From: a virus
Length of the DNA stretch: 64,000 nt
Virus record (IMG/VR): IMGVR_UViG_3300020200_000015
Coordinates: 18,961 to 82,960 of that record
Strand: one strand, 5' to 3'
In this document: positions 10,028 through 26,965 of the stretch, piece after piece
How the letters are laid out: every line of letters begins with the position of its first letter
Numbering within the stretch: the first letter of the stretch is position 1
Program-made: the position numbers and the translations under genes
Notes under the pieces: generated by a model
Database searches by the model: none
Told to the model about the DNA's origin: nothing
The model's input: the letters and a program-made list of their open reading frames with translations, nothing else

Positions 10028-10300
10028 TCACTGGATTGATTCGTCACCGTCAAACAGCTTCTCGCTGCCATTAGTCTCGGCGTTATCCGTGACTGGGACA
10101 AGAGTGAGGCTATTGTCATCGTTGATGATCATATCAAAAAGACCACCGACGCGGAAGCCAAGCTCATGCAGGTATTGCGCGCTGAACCTGATGGCTGGAA
10201 TCTTCTGTCCGTTAGCGGTTGACACGTTGTACGCCATCTTGAGACGGCGCTTACGCGGGACTTCAACGGCAACCTTGATGTAGAGCTTATCGTTTTGCAT
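10028..10300 (-). CDS. SymE-like / AbrB-fold small protein
   Basis: IPAIRFSAQYLHELGFRVG...I.DD.SLTL resembles the SymE family pattern. Confidence 0.6.
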   Translation of the reverse strand: MQNDKLYIKVAVEVPRKRRLKMAYNVSTANGQKIPAIRFSAQYLHELGFRVGGLFDMIINDDNSLTLVPVTDNAETNGSEKLFDGDESIQ

Positions 10301-10314
10301 GGCTTTGGAATTGG

Positions 10315-10533
10315 TTAGACCTTAACCACTATACGGCTAGTAACTAGCTTTGTAAAGTGCTCCAAGGTAGATATGCAAGTTATTTTTGCCAGCTTCATGA
10401 ATACCGACAAGCGATCGATATTCGCTAGCGGGAACCAGTACTGCGCTTGAGTTGGGCAGCTCTCTCTAGCCTCACAGATTGCCATGAGTTCTTTGCTATG
10501 CTCAAGCTCAAACAGCACAACGTTGTCAGGCAT
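10315..10533 (-). CDS. Hypothetical protein
   Basis: 72-aa ORF overlapping the sigma factor stop. Confidence 0.5.
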   Translation of the reverse strand: MPDNVVLFELEHSKELMAICEARESCPTQAQYWFPLANIDRLSVFMKLAKITCISTLEHFTKLVTSRIVVKV

Positions 10534-11143
10534 TTTTGATTCTAACTTTCAAAATTGATTCTACCGCCGGCTGGATCCTGCTATACAGTACGTGGCGCAC
10601 GCGACTTGTCAAGATGCCGAGCCTACCAGCAACAGCCTCTGGTGGATTACCTTGACGAAGCAGATCGAAAATCTTGCGGTCATCAGGCTTCAGCAAGTTA
10701 GAGACGGCATCACAGATATCGTTACCGTGAACTACGTCGTTGACATCTGGCTGAATCAATTCAGGCTCGGTGATGTAGTCGAACGACGACATCTCATCTG
10801 AATCTGTCTCGCCCAAGATTGGGATGATGGCACCCTTCGGCTTACGCTTCGCAACATTGGCAGCGTACTTCTCATCAATCATTGCGTTGCGAACGTAGGT
10901 GATGAAGAGCTTCAAGAACCTTCTCTCATTGTGCTCTTCAGAAAATCCGTCCTCGTAGACGAACTTGATGCAAGCCTCATGAAGCTTGACTAGCGCGAGG
11001 TTGTACAGACTGTCAACATCCTCAACTCGCTTCAACATTGCGTCACGCGAATAGGGCATGACAATACTCCGAATCATTTGCGCAAGCTTCTTCTCGATTT
11101 CGTTGAAGCCGACAGGTTTCTTGTTGATGATGATTGCTAGCAT
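10526..11143 (-). CDS. RNA polymerase sigma-70-family-like factor
   Basis: GGGAGG RBS before ATG at 11143; region-2-like FITYVRNAMIDE and C-terminal HTH LKPDDRKIFDLLRQG..PEAVAGRLG. Confidence 0.65.
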   Translation of the reverse strand: MLAIIINKKPVGFNEIEKKLAQMIRSIVMPYSRDAMLKRVEDVDSLYNLALVKLHEACIKFVYEDGFSEEHNERRFLKLFITYVRNAMIDEKYAANVAKRKPKGAIIPILGETDSDEMSSFDYITEPELIQPDVNDVVHGNDICDAVSNLLKPDDRKIFDLLRQGNPPEAVAGRLGILTSRVRHVLYSRIQPAVESILKVRIKNA

Positions 11144-11228
11144 TTGCCTCCCTAACGCTTGGCAACAGGCTAACCGCAACGCCATTGCAGGCAAGCGCAA
11201 AGCAAACTTTTTTTAGCCGCAAGCCAGT

Positions 11229-12290
11229 TCACTTTTTAACCTGCGTAACTTTGTGGCGTGTAACAGTTAACGGTCCAGCCAACTGATCAGACTCATAATG
11301 GCAGTACCGAGTCCCAAAATCAATTGCATGAAATAACTCTTCTGGCGTGCAGTCTCCAGGATCCTTGCCGATTGGGCACATGTAGATCCATGCAGCTTTT
11401 CCGACAGTTGGGATCATTCTATCGACCAGATCCCAACCACGCAAGCCATCAAGGTCTGGCATGATGCCGTGATTGTCAAAGTCTTTGAGTAGTCGCAACT
11501 GCTGATCACTAATCATGTTAGTGAAGCAAGCCATCGGATGAACACTACCCAACGTCAGCGACTCGATCTTAATAGCATCGAGAATCGACTCGACCATGAT
11601 GTACGAGCGCGCTTCAAGACAACTATCGTAGTTGAACAGAATCTCACCCTGCGGCGAGTTCTTGGGATAGCGCTTCGCGCCACCCTTCTTAGGCTGAGCG
11701 TAGAAGACGCTTCGCAACTGCCCGCGAAACTTGATAGGTATGACGATGGCATAGCCGATAGACTGGCTCATTGTGCAGCCAATCTCGAACTTGTCCATGT
11801 ACTCTGGCGTTATGTGACGCTCGGTAGTCAGCCATTCCCTAGCTGCAATCGACTGATTATCATGGCACTTGGTAATCAGCTTGTAGTCGTCAGGAAGATC
11901 AAAGTACTCAATAGGCTTGTCATCTTCAATCTGCGGCTTGGCTATCTTCAACTTAAGAACAAGCGCATCAGTGCCATCAACATTGGCGCTACCAAAACGC
12001 TCTTGCAGAACATCGATAGCTTGTGGAAAGCTGATGTTCATGCAGTGGCTAATGAGATGGACTAGGTTGCCTTTGAAGTTGCAAGCCCAGCAATTGAAAA
12101 GCCCTTTGAACTTTCCAGACTCAGCAATGCTGATTCTCTTCTTATGCCTGTCCTCGGCATGATTATCAGTTGGACAAGCAAAGTACAGCTCATGCCCATT
12201 CTTATTTGATCGCCTCTCAAAGTCGAGGCCAAGATTAGTCAGAACCAGCGCCACCTCTGAGCGCTGCATTAGCAAGCCAAAGTCAATCAT
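11229..12290 (-). CDS. dnaG: DNA primase (Zn-binding domain plus TOPRIM)
   Basis: CP..H...CWAC, VESILD, PDLD and KDPGD. Confidence 0.85.
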   Translation of the reverse strand: MIDFGLLMQRSEVALVLTNLGLDFERRSNKNGHELYFACPTDNHAEDRHKKRISIAESGKFKGLFNCWACNFKGNLVHLISHCMNISFPQAIDVLQERFGSANVDGTDALVLKLKIAKPQIEDDKPIEYFDLPDDYKLITKCHDNQSIAAREWLTTERHITPEYMDKFEIGCTMSQSIGYAIVIPIKFRGQLRSVFYAQPKKGGAKRYPKNSPQGEILFNYDSCLEARSYIMVESILDAIKIESLTLGSVHPMACFTNMISDQQLRLLKDFDNHGIMPDLDGLRGWDLVDRMIPTVGKAAWIYMCPIGKDPGDCTPEELFHAIDFGTRYCHYESDQLAGPLTVTRHKVTQVKK

Positions 12291-13636
12291 TAGAGATCGT
12301 GCGGCCTCTTATCAGTGTCCATCAAGGTTGACGTATTTGCGAACATTTCAAAGTAGGCACACGAATTGGCCTCGCCATCACGCTGCTTGGCAACGTGTAT
12401 CTCGAGAATATCATCATCGAGATCCTCAACATAGTACTTGTTGCGGTGTGCGAGGAGGACAAGGTTAGCCTCTTCAGCATAAGCGTTGGCGTTCTTGATA
12501 TCGATTAGCGTCGGTCGCTTGATCTTGCCACCCTTCGTCTTGCCATACCCCTGGCGACCCACCTGAACTACAAGCACAAAGTGAACATCAAGCTCTTTCG
12601 CCAGCACGCGCATTCGCTTACATTCTTTCTGAATCCTAGTAGCTAGATTCTCACCCGTATCAACATCCTCGATCTTACCGAAGAGATCGATAAAAATCAC
12701 CTTCGGGCTATGGCCGCGCCTTGTAGCGCTCTGCAATTGGTACAAAACGTTATCAATCGACAAGCTCGCCTGGTCGTTGATTAGCAAAGGCAGCTTCCTG
12801 ACCTGCTCGATTGCCATCTTGATATTGCGCTTGTCATCTGGCGTTAGCTCGCCAGACTTCTTCTTTAGCTTCACAAGCTCGATTTGAGTCAACGTAGCAA
12901 CGAGCTTGTCCATCATGGACATGTCAGTTGATTCCATGCTGAACAGCGCCGTTCCGATACCAGCGACCGAGATACGGTGCGCCATGTTGATGGCAATCGT
13001 TGACTTCGCCATGCCCGTAAAGCCGCCCAAGATGGATATCTGCTTGGGTGCAAAGCCATCAGACAGCAGGGTATCGAGCGCTGTGAAACCAGTCGTACAG
13101 AATGGCCTCCGTGCACGGTCGTCAATATCGACCAAGTATGCATCAGCAAGCTCTGACGAATCTCTGAACCGATAATTGGTATCGCCAGCCTGCTCACAGT
13201 CAGCTGCAATGTCACGCGACAGCTCACGAATCCGATCAATGGTTGTTGTCGGATCGTTCGAAAGCCTGATTAGCTCCTGTGCGCGCTGAGTGGCAAGCTT
13301 AGACTTGACAACTTGCAGCTTGAACTTGTCAAGAAATACCTTGTAGTTCTCAGTCGGCGCAAGAAACGACTCACGCAGCAATCTGATGTACTGCGCGCCG
13401 CCGTAGTCTTTATCGCCATCACCTGGAAACGATTCAACAACTAGCTGAAAGCTATCTTCATCTGGTTGCCGAATGCCCAGCTTCGCCATCTGCAAAAGGC
13501 AGTAGGCGATGACTCTGTGGTTCTGAGCACTGAAGCTCAGCCAGTTACAGTCAACTATGAAGAGCTGGTAGCATGATGAGTCATTGAGTGCGTGGCCAAG
13601 TACTGTCTGCTCAAGGGCGATACCATCAGCCGCCAT
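12290..13636 (-). CDS. dnaB: DnaB-like replicative helicase
   Basis: TGFTALD, GFTGMAKS, FSME, IFID, RPTLIDIK and VAKQRDG. Confidence 0.9.
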   Translation of the reverse strand: MAADGIALEQTVLGHALNDSSCYQLFIVDCNWLSFSAQNHRVIAYCLLQMAKLGIRQPDEDSFQLVVESFPGDGDKDYGGAQYIRLLRESFLAPTENYKVFLDKFKLQVVKSKLATQRAQELIRLSNDPTTTIDRIRELSRDIAADCEQAGDTNYRFRDSSELADAYLVDIDDRARRPFCTTGFTALDTLLSDGFAPKQISILGGFTGMAKSTIAINMAHRISVAGIGTALFSMESTDMSMMDKLVATLTQIELVKLKKKSGELTPDDKRNIKMAIEQVRKLPLLINDQASLSIDNVLYQLQSATRRGHSPKVIFIDLFGKIEDVDTGENLATRIQKECKRMRVLAKELDVHFVLVVQVGRQGYGKTKGGKIKRPTLIDIKNANAYAEEANLVLLAHRNKYYVEDLDDDILEIHVAKQRDGEANSCAYFEMFANTSTLMDTDKRPHDL

Positions 13637-14498
13637 TCAGAATACTCCTGCGAATGTCGCTCGACAGAACCTGACGATGGTCCTGACCAACTAGAACGAT
13701 TTCAGCACAGTGCTCCTGAAGCATACTCGCAACGTGGGGGCTAAAGTCCACGTAAGCATCTTTAATCGTTCTGTTCGAGGTGAATATACACGGTTTGTTA
13801 CCCTGTAGCCTTTCGCGCAAGAGGTTATCAAAGAGCGCCCTCTCGATACCAGTCGCAGTTTTGTAAACTTTGTCAAGGTCATCGATAATCAACAAGTCTG
13901 ATTTCTTGATGCCTCTTGCGATGATGGCAGCCTCATCATCGCGCCAGCCACGAATCTCATTCTGAATGATGACTGCCATGGTGTAGTACTTGACGGTCTT
14001 ACCAAGCATGACGGTCTTATTGGCAATGCAGCAAGCGAGGTATGTTTTGCCTACGCCATTGGGGCCGGTCAGGTACAGACCATAGCCCTTGCTAATCATG
14101 TTGCTCAAGCTACCGACATATGACTCCACTACCTTGTAGCTCTCATCATTGATGTTTTTTTCGACATCATTGCGACCAACATTGACCCACTTGCGCATAT
14201 CGACATCATGGTACCTGGGCGGGATGTTCGATTCGCTACGAAGCTTATCAGCCAGCAACTTCCGCTTGCGGATCAACTTGCAAATGCAATCAGCAGTTCT
14301 GACCGAACCATCGACCTTTATCAGCGTTCCAGTCTGGTGGCAATTAGCGCAAGCCCACTCCTTCGTATGAAGGTAATGGTTCGCAAGAACCAGCTTATCT
14401 CTTTCACTTAGATTGGAATACTTGGCCTCAACTATCTTCTCAGCTTCCTGCCTTGTCCTGGGCATACTTGATCCAGTCGATTGGTTCCCTGCCGTCAT
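13626..14498 (-). CDS. DnaC/IstB-like AAA+ helicase loader
   Basis: CANC..TG...CIC, SNIPPRY, GLYLTGPNGVGKT, LLIIDDLD and FTSN. Confidence 0.85.
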   Translation of the reverse strand: MTAGNQSTGSSMPRTRQEAEKIVEAKYSNLSERDKLVLANHYLHTKEWACANCHQTGTLIKVDGSVRTADCICKLIRKRKLLADKLRSESNIPPRYHDVDMRKWVNVGRNDVEKNINDESYKVVESYVGSLSNMISKGYGLYLTGPNGVGKTYLACCIANKTVMLGKTVKYYTMAVIIQNEIRGWRDDEAAIIARGIKKSDLLIIDDLDKVYKTATGIERALFDNLLRERLQGNKPCIFTSNRTIKDAYVDFSPHVASMLQEHCAEIVLVGQDHRQVLSSDIRRSILNGG

Positions 14499-15150
14499 CC
14501 TTAACGCCCCTCATGGTGTTGCTGTGCCTGACCTCACCTCTAGCCATACGGCTTGCCGCAGTTACGAAAGCCTTGCGCAGCTGAAAGTGAGACTTTTTCT
14601 CAAGTAGCTGAAGCCCTTCCTCTGACTTGAGAACCTTATCTCTAAACCAAATCAAGATAGGCATCCAATTCTCAGGCTTGATTTGAATACCAGCAAGACC
14701 ATCGATTATCTCAAGCTGATAAGCGTCAGTGTGAGCGCCAATTTGCAGCATGATTGATTGGAACAACCCCTTGGCGATTTCCGGCACAGACGCACAGAAG
14801 AGGTCAATGTCCTTCTTATCCAGGTCGTGACGCCTTTTCTGATTGACTGACTTGGTCAATTGACCAAGCTTTGCAGCTTCAGTCTTTGCGATGTCAACTG
14901 AAGCAATCGCTGCTTCAAGAATCTTCATGCCGCTATCAAACTTGATTTCACCGCAGTAGTTGATTGATGATTTGTAGCGAGTGTAAATCCGAGTCGGCTG
15001 ATCGTCAAGCTCAACGATAATCGTTCTGTCACCTTTCTCAATCATCAGTAGCCTTTCAGCCTTCTGATTCTTCAACTTCTCAATCACTCTTTTAGCTTCT
15101 GCTTCATCAGAAGCAACGATGAAGAAACCGTCAACCGTGAATTGTGGCAT
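14440..15150 (-). CDS. Hypothetical protein, possible replication initiator
   Basis: Position immediately upstream of the loader and helicase; no motif recognised. Confidence 0.5.
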   Translation of the reverse strand: MPQFTVDGFFIVASDEAEAKRVIEKLKNQKAERLLMIEKGDRTIIVELDDQPTRIYTRYKSSINYCGEIKFDSGMKILEAAIASVDIAKTEAAKLGQLTKSVNQKRRHDLDKKDIDLFCASVPEIAKGLFQSIMLQIGAHTDAYQLEIIDGLAGIQIKPENWMPILIWFRDKVLKSEEGLQLLEKKSHFQLRKAFVTAASRMARGEVRHSNTMRGVKDDGREPIDWIKYAQDKAGS

Positions 15151-15191
15151 TGGATTGTTGGCAGTTACGAGTTAACTTTCAAGCTTCAATA

Positions 15192-15236
15192 CCCCTACCC
15201 CCTTGCCCCCCCACACCCCCCCATACCCCCACCCCC
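15192..15236 (-). other. Six-run G tract on the minus strand (potential G-quadruplex) in a non-coding gap
   Basis: The plus strand has six C runs of 4-7 nt, followed by an A-rich tract. Confidence 0.6.
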
Positions 15237-15342
15237 AAGGGTCAAAAAAAGAAAAAGTCATTTTGTGTTTCGAGTTAACTTGATAAGTCAACTTGTTGGT
15301 AAGTCAAATCAGGTTCAGCCTATCCTCTCTCGAACTTTCAAA

Positions 15343-16809
15343 TCAAAGTTCGCAGCCGTTTTCAAGCGTGAATCCCCAACGCCGGTAGAGTGACTTTCTG
15401 GCTTTTGACATTCTCATCAACGCTGGCACGCGAAGATCTTGATAGTCAACGACCAAGCTTGTCTTGCCCTCAATGGGTCTTCTGATTCTTCCAATGCGTT
15501 GCTGAGTCTTAGCCTCGTTCGCAGTTGGAGTCATCAAGTGAATACAGCTCAGCTGAGGGATGTCCAAGCCTTCATCGGCAACCTTGGTTGCAACGATGGC
15601 ATCAATCAAACCACACTTGGCGTGATCAACAATCTGCTCGCGGGTATTCTTCGGAACTTCACCAACTAGAACGTGAGCGTTCATTCCTTTTGCGCGAAGC
15701 GCCCTAGCAATCTCATGACAATGACCAACTCTTTCACTGAGCGCCAGCGGAAAATGCCCGGCCATCCAGTCAGCGTGGATGCCGTCAACAATCATTTGGT
15801 TTCGCTCTGAGTCAGTAGTCAATTCAGCGAGGAGTTTAGTCCACTCGTCAGCCGTGTAGCGAGTGAAGAACTTAGTCTGAATTTCACGGACGACGCACGG
15901 CTGTGAGCGACCTTCGGCAGTCAAGTCTGAGTCAGTAACCTCACTGACAATTGGGCCAATCACGTCATGCATCAAGAACTCAAGCCCGTCTTTTCTGCGT
16001 GGCGTAGCCGTCAGTCCGAACCTGTAGCGGGCTGAGCAGAGGTTGATGATTGACATGAAGGTGTCAGCGGGGCAGTGATGGGCTTCATCAAGGATGACGC
16101 AACCGAACTGCGACAGCCACTCCCGCAAACTGCTGGGGTTGGATTTTACAAGGCTTTGAATCGTGCCTACAACGACGGATCCGGGCTTCTTTTCCCCTCC
16201 ACCCCACACTCCTATACCCCCCGACAAGAGGCTCTTCTCGGCCAATTCTCTGCGCCATTGGCCAACCAAGTCATTTGTGTGGACAAGAATCAAAGTCGGC
16301 TGGCGAAGCATCGTGATGATTCCAACTCCCATCACGGTCTTTCCGCCTCCGCATGGCGCTACCAGAACGCCGTGGCCATTCAAGATAAGACGGCCAATAG
16401 CTTTCTTCTGATAGTCTTTGAGAGTGATATGTTCAGCCAGCGACATTCCATTATCGCGTTCATATGAAATGCGCTCGTCGAAAAACACTATCTGTTTGCC
16501 GTGACTTTTAGCGAGTTCGATTAGTTGGTTTGTAATCCCCCTCGGCACAAAGACAGTATCGCCATCTTCTTCAATAGATGAGATAGTGGCAGGTGGCAAT
16601 TTAGCGTACATCATCTTGTAGGGATTGCGATCCCGCATACGCTTCATTTGAAAGTATGCAGGGTTCTCCCTAGTCAAGATTCCGCGTAGCTCTGATAACA
16701 AATCAGGCCCAAGCATATTTCGCTTGAGCCTGATCACGTTATCAACTACTGCTGGTATCTTTTCAAGCGTCGTCATCAATGTCGCCTGGTCCTGGGTCGT
16801 CTTGTTCAT
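15343..16809 (-). CDS. Superfamily 2 DEAH helicase (UvsW/ResIII-like)
   Basis: APCGGGKT, DEAHH, GLTATP, EGLDIP and QRIGRIRR. Confidence 0.9.
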   Translation of the reverse strand: MNKTTQDQATLMTTLEKIPAVVDNVIRLKRNMLGPDLLSELRGILTRENPAYFQMKRMRDRNPYKMMYAKLPPATISSIEEDGDTVFVPRGITNQLIELAKSHGKQIVFFDERISYERDNGMSLAEHITLKDYQKKAIGRLILNGHGVLVAPCGGGKTVMGVGIITMLRQPTLILVHTNDLVGQWRRELAEKSLLSGGIGVWGGGEKKPGSVVVGTIQSLVKSNPSSLREWLSQFGCVILDEAHHCPADTFMSIINLCSARYRFGLTATPRRKDGLEFLMHDVIGPIVSEVTDSDLTAEGRSQPCVVREIQTKFFTRYTADEWTKLLAELTTDSERNQMIVDGIHADWMAGHFPLALSERVGHCHEIARALRAKGMNAHVLVGEVPKNTREQIVDHAKCGLIDAIVATKVADEGLDIPQLSCIHLMTPTANEAKTQQRIGRIRRPIEGKTSLVVDYQDLRVPALMRMSKARKSLYRRWGFTLENGCEL

Positions 16810-17248
16810 TGATCACGATCTGTACTGGTGTACGGCTACGAAGTGCAGGCTGTTCAACCTGCTGGGTGGGTTTCTTGTTTTCGCTCAGCTTCTTAAGCTT
16901 GGTTGGCTCAGGAGCCGCTTTCTGCTCACTATCAACCTGTTGCCTAGCAGGTTGCGGTTCTGGTTGCTGCTCGACAAGCTGTGGTCCGGCTTGCTCTTTG
17001 ATGCTGAAGGCTTCTGATTCGGCCTTCTTGATCAAATCAAGCCATTCAGGATCAGTGTTCAACACCTGCTGCAAGGGCTTACCAGTTTCTTCTTGAAACA
17101 GCTCTGCAAGCAACTCCATCGCTCCAATGCATTGGACGCGGTTAGAATCAAGCTGCTTGAACTTGTTCTGAAGATCTTGATTCTCTTTAGCAAGCCGCAG
17201 TTGCTTGATGATGTTTTGGTAGATTTTGTCTCGGTATGCACTAGTCAT
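16763..17248 (-). CDS. Hypothetical protein
   Basis: GGAG RBS upstream; coiled-coil region then a Q/P/E-rich tail. Confidence 0.6.
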   Translation of the reverse strand: MTSAYRDKIYQNIIKQLRLAKENQDLQNKFKQLDSNRVQCIGAMELLAELFQEETGKPLQQVLNTDPEWLDLIKKAESEAFSIKEQAGPQLVEQQPEPQPARQQVDSEQKAAPEPTKLKKLSENKKPTQQVEQPALRSRTPVQIVINEQDDPGPGDIDDDA

Positions 17249-17283
17249 GGCAATCCATACTCCTTTAGCAGATCAATCAGCAA

Positions 17284-18191
17284 TCAAGCAGTACGAATCT
17301 TCATCAATGTAAGATGAAAAAGTGTGAGCATCTGCCTAGCGTCATCAGCATCAGATGTGACTTTCAAAGCAACTGTTTTCGAACCAGTCTGATTAGACGA
17401 ATCAATATTGTATGACCAAGCTGGGTCATATGCGGTAGCAGTAGCATTGGCTACAGTAGGTTGAATTCCATCTACCATCAGCGCTCCACCAATTTTGGCG
17501 GCACCTGCGACTGAGACAGATCCTTGCACGCGCGAAATTGCCAGATTGCTAGTATCAGACGTTATCAACGTAGGATGAGTAACGTCGATGGTGAAAGTTC
17601 CAACTTCGAACGTGTAAGTATATGTGCGATCATTTCCTGAATCGTTTGTGATTCCTACAACAGCATCGACGGTGATTCTATCGCCATTAGAAATGTTGAC
17701 AGTAACGCCACCGACTTGCAATGCAGTCGTGCTGAGTTCATCAATCTCTTCTGCTGGATGAGATGAAAGACTGTAGAGTAGTGTGCCAGAGATAGATGTA
17801 TTGAGTTGGTTGAGCGTTACAGCATCGCTCATCGCAGTCGCTTGGGCAAGCGACGTAATTCTAATTGAGTTAGCATTGATTGAACCACTCAATACCGCAT
17901 TAGAGATGAGTGGAGCAACATAGTGACCGCTCACTACTCGTGTACTATGCGACTGCAAGATAAGATTGCCTGAGTTAACGCGGGTATCCGCGTACAGGTC
18001 AATCATCGCATTTGAAATCTTGAATACTTCTGAGCCGCTTGACGTTGTAACTTCGACAATAGGGGATGTTTGCCCGGCGCTGAACCCAATTGCTCTGATT
18101 GACGGCTTATCAGAACTCGGTCTAGCGTGAAGTGTGCCGCTCAAAAGCTCAGACACGCCACCAAGATTGATATCGTCGAAGATGTTAATCA

Positions 18192-18195
<4 letters not shown>
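17284..18195 (-). CDS. Putative virion tail-associated protein
   Basis: S/T/G-rich beta-type sequence with a DAVTLNQL motif; last gene of the tail operon. Confidence 0.55.
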
Positions 18196-24718
<6,523 letters not shown>

Positions 24719-24719
<1 letters not shown>

Positions 24720-26965
24720 TAGCTGCCCAACTTCTCAGTTGCTTCGTATTCGACGCTATGACGGTTGACGAGGTTGCGCTGCTCTCTCGAATCCCTCACA
24801 ACAATGCTCTTATTGATCCCCGCCCATCCAGTCGGATCGACGTCATCAGCGCCAAAGTCGCTCGGTTGGTAAGTGCTAGCGTCCTTGAACTTCTTCTCAT
24901 AGCTGACAGAAGCTTTTCCAGGGTTGGTGCCGATACGCTTAAATACAGTACCGAAACCCACAACTTGAAGCTGAGTAAATTTAGGAGATTCCTCAATGAT
25001 TTCGATCGATTTTGTCTCGATCGCATCAGGCTCTGTGCCGCTACCGCCACCCGACAAGTCGAACACAGCCGTAGCACCCAGTGAAACAACCTGCTTCCAG
25101 TAGCGCGAGCCTTTGACACCGTTCCCATTGGCCAAGTCCTCAGGGGCAATAGCCGGTTGCCATTCACCAACGCCAATGTTGCTGAGGAAGTACCTCACCT
25201 CAGAGTTCGTAGGCAGAATCTCGCCTTGTACGATCGTGTTCGGTACAGGGTTTGTGAGCGATTGCGTGCTCAGATCGGCAGAAAGAAGGGCATCAATCTT
25301 ATCAATCAGATTGATGATTTTGTTTGGTAGCATCGGCTTACCGGCCTGGTCAGGCGCAAACACTTCGCCAGAAATTGAGAGCGAAATGCTTGTGACTGTA
25401 AATTTCATCTGCTGATAGTTAAACTTGTTAGAAATTGACTTCGAGTAGTTGGTGATATTCTCAAGCTGCAAGCCTTCAGCCGCGTAGACTGTATTTTCAG
25501 CGCCAGCCTTATCCATCTTGAAGAGGGAGGCGATGAAATAGTTGGCTTGCGATGAGCTTTCGAGCTGCGTCGCACTCACGCTCACGCTGTACATCGTAGA
25601 TGTAACGCCAGCGACGTTCACCTTATCAACGCTCGAGACGTTGACTGAGTTAACGTACAAGTTCTCATAAGGCGCTTCGTAGTTGATCGAAGTGCCAACC
25701 AAGCCTTTCAGCGTGTTGAGGGCCGATGTGCCTCTAATAGAACCACTGATATTGATCGATCTTGAGACAATGCTTCCAAAGTTATTGATCTGTGCATTAA
25801 ACGTGATGGTAGGAATGCGGTACCACGCCACGCCAAACCGCGTCACTAGAGCCTCATAGCTCTGGTCTTCAATGGTTTTCTTCCAGTTGAACTGGAGATT
25901 GATTGTTGCGCTGTACCGCTTGGTCGTATTAGCGAAATTGCCATCACGAGTAAACTTGCTGATGCTGATATCGGTCAAATCAAGGCTATTGCCGCTGGTG
26001 CTGGTGTAGATGTATGTTGAGGTCGGGAAGGGGTTGAACGTCGCACGGAATGCCTCATAGTCCACATAGTTTGCGAAGAACTTCTTGCCGCTGACTTGCA
26101 GCGACTCGCTCAGATTGGTGGGGTTGTTAGCAGCCAACTTGTCATACTCGACGCTGCTATCGACATTCTCAACCAGATCGAGCGCGATGTTACCAAATGT
26201 CGCTGGCGTTTCGCCGAGCGTGTACGGCTCCTTGGTGTAGTCGTCGTAGGTCTGGAACTCGATCGAATACTTTCTTGCCGCGCTCTGCCCGCGCAATGTA
26301 GGTGCAGAGAAATCAATGCTACGCGGACGAACAATGATAGTTGACGAGTAGTCGCCGCTATCTGATGAAAGTGTCAGGATAAGCGACTGCTTATCGCCAA
26401 CCTCATCAAGCAACTGCTTTTGAAGTTTGTTGATTTCATCACGCGACGAGTGAACGATAGTGCCTTCGATCTTGATCGTCTGCGCACGGATAGTGTTGAT
26501 GCTTTCATCATCACCCTGCGACTTGATCGACTGCGTTACGGTCGGATGTTCGAATCCAGATGTTGACGCGAGGATTAGATCACCGATTTTGACCGGGTAG
26601 TGCGCGTGGATATTCAGTTCTTGCGTCGTGAACTTGATTGTGAACAGGCAAATCGGGTTGCCATTGAATTCAGCAAACGTAATGCTCTTGAATCTGACGT
26701 CAACAAAGTCGTCAGCACCAGTGTACTTCAGCTTACCGCTACCAACGGTGAGCAGGTTCGTTTCAAGTTGCTGCTGAGCTTCAACGTTCTTGTCGATGAA
26801 GCCCTTATGCACAAACCCCTTGATAGTGATTGTGCGCTGCCGCTGCCCAACGCGACTCATCTTGTTGACGATGATATCATCTGAGGACTCTGAGTCCCAC
26901 TCAACCGACTTAACATACTTCAGGTCGAGCGAGTCATCGTCATTGTAGAAAGTTACATTCATCAT
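24719..26965 (-). CDS. Minor tail / distal tail protein
   Basis: Immediately downstream of the tape measure gene; beta-rich. Confidence 0.55.
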
